Shown one piece after another: positions 18,238 to 28,059 of a DNA stretch of 64,000 nt. This DNA comes from Pseudomonadota bacterium. Lineage in GTDB: Bacteria; Bdellovibrionota_F; JAHFAK01; JBDREC01. Below the pieces are notes generated by a model. It made no database searches. It saw only the letters and a list, made by a program, of their open reading frames with translations, and was not told the origin of the DNA. The DNA lies in the NCBI GenBank assembly GCA_043820105.1, contig JBDREC010000099.1, positions 1 to 64,000 on the forward strand, in the 5' to 3' direction. The position numbers and the translations under genes are program-made. The first letter of the stretch is position 1; each line of letters begins with the position of its first letter.

Positions 18238-20904
18238 CTAGAAGTTTAGTAAGAATCTATCAATGTCAGCTTCATAGACTGTACAAACGTTTTCTCTTGC
18301 TGGATCAAAAGCAACGGAAGCTGTTTTTGGATTTCCATTAAAATCAAGCCCTGTAACAATATCATAAGTAGCAGTGAAATAATCGTTGTTACATAAGGTG
18401 TTGTATGCTTGGGTTCCAGTTAAGACAATTCCATTCATTTTTGGGTAATAAAGTTTTGGTTTCATTGTTCTGATGAAATTTCCAAAAACAACACATTCTC
18501 TGTTGTAATGTACTTTTAAATTTTCTAAATCTCTTTCACTTAAATATCCCTGCTTAGATGTTGGCATCATGAGCACTGAAAGCATTTCAGTTAAAATTAA
18601 AGAGGAATTTACGCTATTATTAATCACAAGGTCAGCAGCTGTTGTTACTGATCTGTAAATCTCTGCTAAATTATCCCAAGTAGTATTTCCTTCTTCAAAT
18701 TCAATAACAAGATCATTCCAGTATCTGCTTATTGTTGTAAAATATGCATATTCGCCATATAAATTTATAAAAGTTTCAATCATTCCATTCATTAATGGTT
18801 TTAACATTATTCTTTGCATTGGAACCTGGATTTTAGCCAATACATCTATAATTGCTCCAGGATTTGATCTTTGAGTGTCAGCTTCATCTGCTTTTGCAAA
18901 ATCATTTTTAGAAATATAAGACAATAGTTCAGCTCTTTTGTATAAGAAAACATTGTCAACAGATTCAGTTGTATCAAATTCCCTTGTATCAAGAGCTTCA
19001 AGCAGCATTATAAAGTTGATTAAATCAATGTGTCCAGGTGAAAATGATTTTGTAAAAAACTGCAAATATTCTTTATACATATCAAGCATTTTAGCTGCAA
19101 ACATTTGTGATGCATATTTTGGATACATTATGCTTTCTTCTCTTTGAGATATAGGATCCAGGAATATTTCAGCAATTACATAACCTGGAATTTCATCTGG
19201 GAAGGTAACACCTTTTTCTTCTAAGCTTGCCAAGAACTGATCTTTGTCACTTTCCATTTTAGACATTTCATATGCAGCATCAAAGAATGCTTTTGGATCG
19301 CCACTTGCAGAAGATGAGCTTCTGCCAGAGCTTAAAAAAGGAGGAGTAGAGGATCCAGAATCAGAACTTCTTGGATAACTGGAAACTCTAAAAAGATCGG
19401 CATCGTCTCTTGATGAAATAAATGAACTGAAGTTACCAAACCTTATAGCTCTATCAACATTACCATATTCCATTTCATTTATAGAAAGAACAAATTCAGA
19501 AGCTTCAGCTGCTAAAAACATGTATGTTATTTCTAATTCATATTTTTCAAGTTCAGGATAAACCTCAACTAGTTCATAATATCTATTGAAATAGTAATCC
19601 AAAAATCCCATGGTATTTTCAAATACAATTCCATTGGCTCTAGCAATTAGACGCTTAAAATTTGCCTTATCTACACTTATTCTTTCCACACTTTTCTTTT
19701 TTGGAAGCCATGGAAAAGGAGGTTTGCTTTCTGTACCTTCTGATGTTGCTACTGCATTATTTATTAACTGAACAGAACCCATTAAATTTCTTTGGTATTC
19801 ATCAATAAATGGTTTTACTTTATCATTTTTATATATTCTTCTTAATATTTCTGGTTTCATTGAAGGATCTGCGTCCATTGCGCGTCCAGTTTTACAGTGC
19901 ATTTGCTCAAATTTCCAATATAGACATTCAAAGGCCTTTATATTTATTATTTGATCTATTTCAGAAATTGCCTTTGTTTCTATCATGTGTTGGATGCTTG
20001 TGATTAGGTTTGTGGCTGTCGCTGAAACGGCTGAAACTACTTTTGCTACTGCTCCAACTTCATTTGGAATAAATGATAGAACTTTTGCAACTTCAGTTAT
20101 TAAGCTTCCTACTATTTGAGCTGTTGAATCTTGCTTAAAACATTTTTCATCTACTGTTTCAATTTTTTTAACGGTTCCATTTACTTCATTAACCAATTGG
20201 AAAATTAGATCTGCTTTCATGTCTCTTAAGGTTCTTACTTCGTTTAAGTTTTCATATCCTTCATAAAACTTTCTAATTTCTTCCTCACTTGAACCCATAC
20301 TTTGTTTGAGCTCTAAATTCTGGGCTGCATATCTTTCCATTGACTCATTGAATACAGCTATCATTTCTTCAATTTCGGATTCTGGAGCCTGTTTTGCTTG
20401 TGCCTCTGCAATTTTTTCCAAATATTGAGCTTCAAAGGCTTCCATTTCTTTTAGTGCTTTTTTATATTTCCCTGCATCTTGCCTGTAAGTGCGTTCATAT
20501 TTTGCTTCCATTTCATCAAATTTTTCAATTTCATCTATAAGGGTAAGAGTTTTTCTATCAATTTGAGGAGATTCTTGACTTGTTGCTTCTCTTAAAGAAT
20601 CAGTACAAGCTTTTTTATCTGCTAAAAAGCTTTCTGCTGCACTTCTTAGTTCTGATAAAGCAATAACAAAATCTTTTCCAATTGAAAATGGACAGCCTTC
20701 AAGTGAAGCATAATCAAGGAATTTGCCAGGAACAGCTGGGCGATTACGGTCAGGGGATGATGTTGTTTCTCTTGATTCTCTATTTCTTTGTGCGATCATG
20801 GAAATAATATCAACTTCTGCATGAATTGAGGAAAAAATAAATAAATTACTAAGCAAGACCAGGATTAATGAAAATGTTAACTTGGTGTTTTTTAGCTCAC
20901 ACAT
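18238..20904 (-). CDS. Large secreted helical protein of unknown function (~888 aa)
   Basis: Start reassigned to ATG 20904 (GGGAGG RBS, followed by signal peptide MCELKNTKLTFSLILVLL...IHA); coiled coil and hydrophobic hairpin. Confidence 0.75.
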   Translation of the reverse strand: MCELKNTKLTFSLILVLLSNLFIFSSIHAEVDIISMIAQRNRESRETTSSPDRNRPAVPGKFLDYASLEGCPFSIGKDFVIALSELRSAAESFLADKKACTDSLREATSQESPQIDRKTLTLIDEIEKFDEMEAKYERTYRQDAGKYKKALKEMEAFEAQYLEKIAEAQAKQAPESEIEEMIAVFNESMERYAAQNLELKQSMGSSEEEIRKFYEGYENLNEVRTLRDMKADLIFQLVNEVNGTVKKIETVDEKCFKQDSTAQIVGSLITEVAKVLSFIPNEVGAVAKVVSAVSATATNLITSIQHMIETKAISEIDQIINIKAFECLYWKFEQMHCKTGRAMDADPSMKPEILRRIYKNDKVKPFIDEYQRNLMGSVQLINNAVATSEGTESKPPFPWLPKKKSVERISVDKANFKRLIARANGIVFENTMGFLDYYFNRYYELVEVYPELEKYELEITYMFLAAEASEFVLSINEMEYGNVDRAIRFGNFSSFISSRDDADLFRVSSYPRSSDSGSSTPPFLSSGRSSSSASGDPKAFFDAAYEMSKMESDKDQFLASLEEKGVTFPDEIPGYVIAEIFLDPISQREESIMYPKYASQMFAAKMLDMYKEYLQFFTKSFSPGHIDLINFIMLLEALDTREFDTTESVDNVFLYKRAELLSYISKNDFAKADEADTQRSNPGAIIDVLAKIQVPMQRIMLKPLMNGMIETFINLYGEYAYFTTISRYWNDLVIEFEEGNTTWDNLAEIYRSVTTAADLVINNSVNSSLILTEMLSVLMMPTSKQGYLSERDLENLKVHYNRECVVFGNFIRTMKPKLYYPKMNGIVLTGTQAYNTLCNNDYFTATYDIVTGLDFNGNPKTASVAFDPARENVCTVYEADIDRFLLNF

Positions 20905-20946
20905 TTTTCCTCCCAAGGGAATTATTTGAATTGTAATTTTACAATT

Positions 20947-20961
20947 GCAATTATGATGCCT
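20947..20961 (-). promoter_or_regulatory. sigma54 -24/-12 promoter
   Basis: Minus strand AGGCATCATAATTGC (GG-N10-GC), about 43 nt upstream of ATG 20904. Confidence 0.7.
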
Positions 20962-21268
20962 GACAAGGACGGCAGGATAAGTGTTTGATATGTTAGGAAA
21001 AACCATTAAAGCGCTGTCTTTTGATGGTATCATTTCAACACTTTTTTTAAAATAGGGTTAAATAAAGGTTCTTTTTGGTACTAAAATCGAATCGCAAGTT
21101 CCTCGCAAAGCCCCGTGATTTATTAGGTATAACTACTTGTATTGGGTAAAGCCCTATTATTACGTTGTGTTGCGAGGAGTGTTTTTTGTTTTATTTTAAG
21201 TCTTATTTCTTGACCCTCTCTTAAATTTAGCTTATTCTCTATTTCTTTATAAATATTAAGGTTTTAAA

Positions 21269-21487
21269 ATGATAAAATTAGTTATTATAAGTATTATTGT
21301 TTGCGCTATTTTTATTGTTTCTGGTATTTTGGTTATTAGGAGTGTTGTTCAGGCTGATACTAGAGACCTAAAATTATTTTCTAAAATAATAAAAAATATT
21401 TTTTCGTTAGATTTTATTTTTGGCGCCATTCTTGTTTTTATCGGAATAATTTTCCCTATATTTTTTATCATTAATAACCAAGATTAA
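21269..21487 (+). CDS. Small two-TM membrane protein
   Basis: 72 aa, two hydrophobic helices, AAGG RBS, fills an intergenic gap. Confidence 0.55.
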   Translation: MIKLVIISIIVCAIFIVSGILVIRSVVQADTRDLKLFSKIIKNIFSLDFIFGAILVFIGIIFPIFFIINNQD

Positions 21488-21610
21488 GATAAAATAAATA
21501 AATTGACTTTATCTTTCTTTCTGATACTTCTTTTAAGTTCTGTATTGTGTTAGATATGGATATTTTAATTTAACTAGTATGTTGTTTAATTGAAAAGAGG
21601 AGATGAGATT

Positions 21611-21856
21611 ATGCCAAGCCCAAGTCTTTCAGAATTAGTTGAAACCATTGCAAGAGCTTTAGTAGACAATCCTGAACAAGTTAGTGTTAAATCAATTGAA
21701 GGTGGTCAGACAGTCGTACTTGAACTTTATGTTGACAAAACAGACATTGGAAAAGTGATTGGAAAAGGCGGAAATACCGCAAAATCAATCAGAACAATCC
21801 TTTCTGCAAGTGCATCAAAAAACAAAAAGAATGCAGTTTTAGAAATTATTGAATAA
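21611..21856 (+). CDS. khpA: KH-domain RNA-binding protein KhpA
   Basis: LVETIARALVDNPEQV...DIGKVIGKGGNTAKSIRTIL (GxxG); ATG 21611 after GAGGAG. Confidence 0.9.
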   Translation: MPSPSLSELVETIARALVDNPEQVSVKSIEGGQTVVLELYVDKTDIGKVIGKGGNTAKSIRTILSASASKNKKNAVLEIIE

Positions 21857-21945
21857 TTTTTAAATAAGCCCTTCTTTTTAAAAATCTTTTTTTCTCTATC
21901 TCACAATAGTATTGTTTTAACTAAACTAGATGAATTTACGCACTT

Positions 21946-22189
21946 GCCTGATTTTAGAAAAGGAAATCGTATCTTCATTTCAAAAAAAGACGGCTCAAAA
22001 TTCCCTGCGGAATTTTGGCCTTGATCTCACCGCGCTATTTTCTAAGTATAAGTAAAATGAAATTAATGAATTACATTCACTTATATATAGTAATTTCATT
22101 TAACTTCTACTAGGAAAAACCGGCTAGCGCGGCTCTGATACACTTTTTTTGAAATGAAGATACGATTTCCTTTTCTAATAAAATCAGGC
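21946..22189 (-). mobile_element. ~244-bp long hairpin (REPIN/MITE-like) element, family A copy 1
   Basis: About 44-bp terminal inverted arms with a 3-nt bulge and nested inner stems; homologous in reverse complement to 52872-53108; lies between convergent genes. Confidence 0.75.
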
Positions 22190-22243
22190 CAATATTTACA
22201 TGTAAATAAGGATAAATAATAAATATGCAAATGACGTGCACTT

Positions 22244-23761
22244 TTATTCGATGAGTTCGAATTCGGCTTCTTGGACTTCTGCTTTGCTTGAGAAAAAGAC
22301 TCTGTGTGGTGGGATAACAGTGCTAGCCACGAATTCAAAATAATATTTTGGGGCATAGGCTTTTAAGGTATCTAGATCTCCGACATAGTATGGATATTCA
22401 TCTGTGTGACCGCGTTTGATTCTTTCAAGAGCTCTAAACTCATATGGCATTATTTTTTCTAAGTTGCCTGCTTGATAATTTTCAAGTATTTTCTCTGGTT
22501 CATAATATGCGTATGCCCCTTTTTTATCTGCATATGCTTGTTCAGCTGCATCAACATATTCATTAAAAAATTTAATTTCAGGGTAGTGTAGGTAAAGTAA
22601 AGAGTAGCCTGTTTTAATCATCTCTAAATTTATATCTACATTATCGGCAAATACATAGCCTAATATTCTTCCGTATCTGTCACGTGATTCTGCTATTGTG
22701 TTATATGGTAATACGATTGTTACTTCGTTAACACCATTTAGCATTGAAGCTAATAATTCAGCTCCTTTTTCCGCGATTATACCTTGACTCATTCCCCAGA
22801 ACTTTGTTTCTTGAGTGTCAGTGTTAGCAAGTCTTATGCTTTCTTTTAAACCAGGGTTGCCATGAACAACAATTTCAACTGAATCCCCATCGATAACTCT
22901 TAATAGGTCAGCAGTAAAATATCCCTCAGTACACAATCTTGGAGAAAAAGTGAATTTTGATTTTTTTATATCATCAAGACTATAAAAGAAAACTCTATAT
23001 TCTGGAGGAATTTCCTGTCTTGAATAATTAATATATTCTTCTTTTGGATATGCCATTCCTGTTCTTAAATCGCCAACAAAATAACACCAGTTTTTTTTTC
23101 CACCATATTTTGTGAATCTTCTAAATTCATAAGGATAGATTTCAAGAGGCTCAATCTCATTCCAAATTCCAAGCCCATATTCTTTTGCAATTTTAGCAGC
23201 TTCTGAAAATTCTCTTACATGACGCCATTCTTCTGGAGCTCCTGGATTTAAAACAAAAGGAGTAGCCCACCCAAGTTTAACCATTAATACATTAATATTA
23301 AGGTCTGTATCTTGTGTAATTATTCCCTGGTCTCTTAAGTTCTGTTCTTGATCTGGGTCTGCTAAATAAATATAGGCAAGAATTCTTTTATAAAAACCTC
23401 TTGAACCTTCAGGATCTTCTCCTTTTAATTCTAAGATTATATTTGTTCCAAGGGGAATAAGTTTTTTCAGTTCTTGAGTTGCTTCATATGCATATGGTTG
23501 AGGTTCAACCTCTTTTCCGTTGCCTTCTTCATCACGATTTGGAATATAGTGAAGTTCAGGAGTGTCCATTCCTACCATTCTAATATCTTCCACATATTCC
23601 TTGCCTTCAAAATCAAATCGTACAGTGATAGTATCACCATCATCAATGTTGATTACTTTTGCCTCAATATATGCCTGGGAAAATAAATTAGAAATGCTGA
23701 CTAATACAAAGAGGCTAACTAAAATTATGGATCTAACTTGCTTAAAATAGTTCATATCCAC
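22244..23761 (-). CDS. Secreted nuclease with two tandem thermonuclease (SNase) domains
   Basis: Signal peptide; domain 1 IDDGDT...IRMVGMDTPE...RILAYIY...INVLMVKLGWA; domain 2 VIDGDS...IRLANTDTQE...DRYGRILGYV...INLEMIKTG. Confidence 0.88.
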   Translation of the reverse strand: MDMNYFKQVRSIILVSLFVLVSISNLFSQAYIEAKVINIDDGDTITVRFDFEGKEYVEDIRMVGMDTPELHYIPNRDEEGNGKEVEPQPYAYEATQELKKLIPLGTNIILELKGEDPEGSRGFYKRILAYIYLADPDQEQNLRDQGIITQDTDLNINVLMVKLGWATPFVLNPGAPEEWRHVREFSEAAKIAKEYGLGIWNEIEPLEIYPYEFRRFTKYGGKKNWCYFVGDLRTGMAYPKEEYINYSRQEIPPEYRVFFYSLDDIKKSKFTFSPRLCTEGYFTADLLRVIDGDSVEIVVHGNPGLKESIRLANTDTQETKFWGMSQGIIAEKGAELLASMLNGVNEVTIVLPYNTIAESRDRYGRILGYVFADNVDINLEMIKTGYSLLYLHYPEIKFFNEYVDAAEQAYADKKGAYAYYEPEKILENYQAGNLEKIMPYEFRALERIKRGHTDEYPYYVGDLDTLKAYAPKYYFEFVASTVIPPHRVFFSSKAEVQEAEFELIE

Positions 23762-23800
23762 CCCAGTAACGCTAATTGTTTAATTGTAATAGATCAAAAT

Positions 23801-23815
23801 GCAAAAAAGAGGCCA
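23801..23815 (-). promoter_or_regulatory. sigma54 -24/-12 promoter of the nuclease gene
   Basis: Minus strand TGGCCTCTTTTTTGC (GG-N10-GC). Confidence 0.6.
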
Positions 23816-23978
23816 TAGTAAATTTGAAAAGCTGATTTTTTGATATGTGTCGTTATTTTAGTAGCTTACACCATTGTTTTAGCAATGCAGATTCTAAATT
23901 TAATCAAAATATCAGTGGCAAAAAGGTACTGCTTAAAAATCATGACACTAGGTTTTGCCATTATTTGAATTTTCCTCC

Positions 23979-24020
23979 TACTGAATACCAAATACTAAAT
24001 ACTAAATACTAAATACCCAA
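23979..24020. repeat. Heptamer array (TACTAAA)n
   Basis: tactgaa taccaaa tactaaa tactaaa tactaaa tacccaa. Confidence 0.8.
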
Positions 24021-24097
24021 AACCCCACCTTTATCTTGACTTAATTAGGAAAATAAAAATATTATGTATTATTCTATCAACCTTTGGATTTATTCTT

Positions 24098-24694
24098 ATG
24101 ATTGCATATCTCAGAGGGTCTATTTTAGAAAAAAAAGAAAATTCTATTATTCTTGATGTTGGAGGCGTAGGTTATGAGGTTTTTGTGCCTAGGCTTAGCA
24201 TGTTTAATTTGCCTAATATTGGTGAAGAGGTTTGTTTAAGGATTTATACTGTTGTCAGAGAAGATGCCTTATTATTGTATGGTTTTTTAAGCAATACTGA
24301 AAAAGATGCTTTTATCATGCTTTTAAAAGTTTCAAAAATTGGTCCAAAGGTTGCGTTATCAATTTTATCAAATATTTCTAGCCAAGATTTAGTAAATGCG
24401 CTAATTTCAGAAGATGTAACGAGGCTTTCAATGGTTCAGGGAGTTGGTAAAAAAACTGCTGAAAGAATAATTGTCGAATTAAAAGGAAAAATATCCACTT
24501 ATTTAGAACAAATGCCTCATCAAATCAGCAAAGAAAAAGAAGCAAATTCTCATTTAAATGATGCTATTGCTGCATTAACAACCCTTGGATATAGACGTTC
24601 AGAAGTTGATAAAATTTTAAGTGAAATTGATATAAGTATGGCCACAACCACAGAAGATATTATTAAAAGCGCACTAAGAAAGACTGCAAAATGA
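24098..24694 (+). CDS. ruvA: Holliday junction branch migration protein RuvA
   Basis: [54 protein letters not shown]. Confidence 0.97.
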   Translation: MIAYLRGSILEKKENSIILDVGGVGYEVFVPRLSMFNLPNIGEEVCLRIYTVVREDALLLYGFLSNTEKDAFIMLLKVSKIGPKVALSILSNISSQDLVNALISEDVTRLSMVQGVGKKTAERIIVELKGKISTYLEQMPHQISKEKEANSHLNDAIAALTTLGYRRSEVDKILSEIDISMATTTEDIIKSALRKTAK

Positions 24695-25728
24695 CGGAAT
24701 TTTTAAATAAAAGTAATAATTCTAAGGATGAAGAATGTTATTTTACAAATCTTAGACCTGAATCTTTAGATGATTATATTGGTCAGGAAAAAGTAAAAAA
24801 GAATCTTGAAGTTTTTATTGAAGCTGCAAAACAAAGAGGAGAGGTTCTTGATCATGTTTTATTTTATGGCCCACCAGGACTTGGTAAAACTTCTTTATCC
24901 TATATTATTGCAAAAGAATTAAATGTAAATATTAAGACAACTTCAGGGCCTGTTATTGAAAGGCAAGGAGATCTGGCGGCTATTTTAACAAATTTATCAG
25001 ACAAGGATATTTTGTTTATTGATGAAATTCATAGACTCAGCAATGTAGTGGAAGAGATTTTATATCCAGCAATGGAGGATTTTAAACTAGATATTATTAT
25101 TGGTCAGGGACCGAGCGCCAGAAGTGTTAAGATTGACCTGCCTAATTTTACTTTAGTTGGTGCAACCACAAGGGCTGGTCTTTTAACCTCTCCCTTAAGA
25201 GATAGGTTTGGAATGATTTTTCATCTTGATTTATATAAGCAAGAAGAGCTAGCTTTAATTGTTAAAAGATCTTCAAAGATACTGAAAATAGATATTACAG
25301 AAGACGGTGCATTAGAGCTTGCAAAAAGAAGTAGGGGGACTCCAAGGATTGTAAACAGGCTCTTAAAAAGAGTTAGAGATTTTGCTCAAGTTAAGGGAGA
25401 TGGTTTGGTAACAAAGGAAATTGCTGATCAATCTTTGACCTTAATGGAAATTGATAACTATGGCCTTGATAAGATGGACAGAAAAATACTATCAAATATC
25501 ATTGAAAAATTTTCAGGTGGTCCAGTTGGAATTGAAACCATTTCAGCCAGTATTAATGAGGACAGAGGTACTATTGAAGATGTTTATGAGCCTTTTTTAA
25601 TTCAAGAGGGTTTTTTAGATAAAACAATGCGTGGTAGGATTGTAACTGAGAAATCATATCGGCATTTTGGTTTTTCAAAGGAAAAACTAGCAGAAAATAA
25701 ACAACTTCAGAGCACCTTATTTGATTAA
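24691..25728 (+). CDS. ruvB: Holliday junction DNA helicase RuvB
   Basis: [46 protein letters not shown]. Confidence 0.98.
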   Translation: MTEFLNKSNNSKDEECYFTNLRPESLDDYIGQEKVKKNLEVFIEAAKQRGEVLDHVLFYGPPGLGKTSLSYIIAKELNVNIKTTSGPVIERQGDLAAILTNLSDKDILFIDEIHRLSNVVEEILYPAMEDFKLDIIIGQGPSARSVKIDLPNFTLVGATTRAGLLTSPLRDRFGMIFHLDLYKQEELALIVKRSSKILKIDITEDGALELAKRSRGTPRIVNRLLKRVRDFAQVKGDGLVTKEIADQSLTLMEIDNYGLDKMDRKILSNIIEKFSGGPVGIETISASINEDRGTIEDVYEPFLIQEGFLDKTMRGRIVTEKSYRHFGFSKEKLAENKQLQSTLFD

Positions 25729-25743
25729 GCAATTTTAAAGTGA

Positions 25744-25824
25744 TTATAGCAAGATTGGTAATGCAAAAATAATAATGAATGAAATTGCCGCCACAAAGGC
25801 TAAAAATAATTGTTTAGGCATCAT
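25744..25824 (-). CDS. Unannotated small single-TM peptide MMPKQLFLAFVAAISFIIIFALPILL
   Basis: 26-codon ORF preceded by GGGGGG and by a TTGCAT-17-TACAAT promoter. Confidence 0.5.
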   Translation of the reverse strand: MMPKQLFLAFVAAISFIIIFALPILL

Positions 25825-25887
25825 CCCCCCGGTTTATAAATTAGATAATTTTTTGATGAAGCTTCGTAGGTGAGTAGCACTTTGTTT

Positions 25888-25916
25888 ATTGTACTACACT
25901 TTTTGAGAGAATGCAA
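25888..25916 (-). promoter_or_regulatory. sigma70-type promoter TTGCAT-N17-TACAAT
   Basis: -35 at 25916-25911, -10 at 25893-25888; points at the 26-codon ORF. Confidence 0.55.
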
Positions 25917-25929
25917 ATTTTTTTAGTTG

Positions 25930-27951
25930 CTAGCTGCTAGTGGGTGTGAATAGGTTTTCAAGTAGATCATCATCAGCGATGCTGGGAATTGTTATTTTAA
26001 GGTTCTTGTTTTCTTGCATTGCTCGCTTAGCTGCAAAAATTGCACCTTTATTTCTTGCCCAGCTTCTTCTTGAGATTCCGTTGTTTACGTCCCAGAATAG
26101 CATTGATTCTAGCCTTCTTTGTGCATCATCTGAGCCGTCAAGGACCATTCCAAAGCCACCATTGATAACTTCACCCCAACCAACTCCACCTCCATTGTGA
26201 ATGGAAACCCAGGTTGCTCCTCTAAAGGAATCGCCAATTACATTCTGTATGGCCATATCAGCTGTGAAAGAAGAGCCATCATAAATGTTTGATGTTTCAC
26301 GGAACGGGGAATCTGTACCAGAGACATCGTGATGATCTCTTCCGAGGACGATCGGTTCTGAAATCTTTCCTTCTTTTAGCGCTTTATTAAACGCCGAAGC
26401 AATTTTGATCCTTCCATTGCTATCTGCATATAAGATTCTTGCCTGGCTTCCAACAACCAGATTGTTTTCTTTTGCTTCTTTAATCCATTTCAGGTTATCA
26501 AGGATCTGTTGCTTGGTTTCATTTGGTGCTTGGACTGCAAGTTCCTGCATCACCTCAATTGCAATTTTATCTGTTTTATCAAGATCTTGCGGGTCGTTTG
26601 AGGTGCATACCCATCTGAATGGTCCAAAGCCAAAGTCAAAACACATTGGACCCATGATATCCTGAACATATGATGGATATTTAAAGGATCCAACATTATT
26701 TAGGATATCAGCTCCTGCTCTACTTGCTTCAAGTAAAAAGGCGTTTCCGTAATCAAAAAAATACATACCTTTTTTAGCAAGATTATTAATAGCATTCACA
26801 TGTCGCCTTAGACTTTCGTATACCCTTTCTTTAAATAAAATCGGCTCCTTAGCCATCATTATTTTTGATTCTTCAAAACTTAAAGAAGCAGGATAATAGC
26901 CTCCTGCAAATGGGTTGTGAAGTGATGTTTGATCTGATCCCATGTCCACATTAATATTTTCTTGGTCTAATTTTTCCCACAAATCAACAATATTGCCTTG
27001 ATATGCCAAGGATACGGCTTCCTTTTGAGCTTGAGCTTTTTGGATTCTTTCAACTAATTTATCTAGGTTTGAATATACTTCATCAACCCATCCCTGCGAA
27101 TGTCTTTTTTCAACAACTAAGGGATTTATTTCAGCGATAACTCCAATTGTTCCAGAAATAACAGCAGCCTTTGCTTGTGCTCCAGACATGCCGCCAAGTC
27201 CAGAGGACACAAAAAGTTTGCCAGCTATACCTTCATTTTCTTTTTGAATTAATCTTCCTGCATTTAGAATTGTAATTGTTGTTCCATGGACAATTCCCTG
27301 GGGACCGATATACATAAAGGACCCAGCTGTCATTTGGCCATATTGAGAAACTCCTAAAGCGTTAAATTTTTCATAGTGGTCTTGTGAAGAATAATTTGGG
27401 ATTACCATTCCATTGGTGACCACAACTCTTGGGGCATCTTTATGAGATGGGTATAAACCCATCGGGTGACCAGAGTATAAAACTAAAGTTTGTTCATCTG
27501 TCATTTCTGCTAAATATTTCATGGTTAATAAATATTGAGCCCAGTTTTGAAAAACGGCTCCATTTCCGCCATAGGTAATTAGTTCATAGGGGTGCTGGGC
27601 AACGGTTTCATCTAGATTATTTGAAAGCATGAGCATAATAGCTGCTGCTTGCTTTGAATTTGCTGGGAAAGCATTAATTGAGCGAGCTGTTATTTTATAC
27701 TCGGGCCTGAATCTATACATATAAATTATGCCATAATTTTCTAGTTCTTCTTTGAATTCTTGAGCTAGTTCTGCGTGGTGCTTTTTATCAAAATATCTAA
27801 GGGCATTTTTTATAGCTAATTTTTTTTCATTTGTTGAAAGAAGGTCTTTTCTCTTGGGCGCGTGGTTTATTTTTTCATTCCATTTTTTTTGAGCAGGTAA
27901 GTTTTCAGGAATGCCTTGGAGTATTTGTTTTTGGAAGTCGTTAATAGTCAT
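25930..27951 (-). CDS. hutU: Urocanate hydratase, long form
   Basis: AQHPYELITYGGNG, QYGQMTAGS, GPQGIVHGT, GLGGMSGAQ, SDQTSLHN, GRDHHDVSG, HNGGGVGWG. Confidence 0.97.
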   Translation of the reverse strand: MTINDFQKQILQGIPENLPAQKKWNEKINHAPKRKDLLSTNEKKLAIKNALRYFDKKHHAELAQEFKEELENYGIIYMYRFRPEYKITARSINAFPANSKQAAAIMLMLSNNLDETVAQHPYELITYGGNGAVFQNWAQYLLTMKYLAEMTDEQTLVLYSGHPMGLYPSHKDAPRVVVTNGMVIPNYSSQDHYEKFNALGVSQYGQMTAGSFMYIGPQGIVHGTTITILNAGRLIQKENEGIAGKLFVSSGLGGMSGAQAKAAVISGTIGVIAEINPLVVEKRHSQGWVDEVYSNLDKLVERIQKAQAQKEAVSLAYQGNIVDLWEKLDQENINVDMGSDQTSLHNPFAGGYYPASLSFEESKIMMAKEPILFKERVYESLRRHVNAINNLAKKGMYFFDYGNAFLLEASRAGADILNNVGSFKYPSYVQDIMGPMCFDFGFGPFRWVCTSNDPQDLDKTDKIAIEVMQELAVQAPNETKQQILDNLKWIKEAKENNLVVGSQARILYADSNGRIKIASAFNKALKEGKISEPIVLGRDHHDVSGTDSPFRETSNIYDGSSFTADMAIQNVIGDSFRGATWVSIHNGGGVGWGEVINGGFGMVLDGSDDAQRRLESMLFWDVNNGISRRSWARNKGAIFAAKRAMQENKNLKITIPSIADDDLLENLFTPTSS

Positions 27952-27969
27952 ATTAAACCTCAGCTATCT

Positions 27970-28007
27970 TAAAGATTATGATTAAGATTCGGATTATGAT
28001 TAAGATT
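27970..28007. repeat. Hexamer array (TTAAGA/TTATGA)n
   Basis: taaaga ttatga ttaaga ttcgga ttatga ttaaga tt. Confidence 0.6.
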
Positions 28008-28059
28008 TATAGAAATGGATGTAAAGAAATTTATATATATTAAAATTAAAAAATTCTAT

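Noticed and set aside
20905-21033. N-terminal 43 codons of the 931-aa track ORF
   Set aside because: Contains the sigma54 promoter; the RBS and signal peptide point to ATG 20904
22096-22356. 86-aa ORF, and ORFs 52768-52959 and 52901-53101, as possible transposase remnants
   Set aside because: They overlap the hairpin elements, show no transposase motifs and are not conserved between the two family A copies
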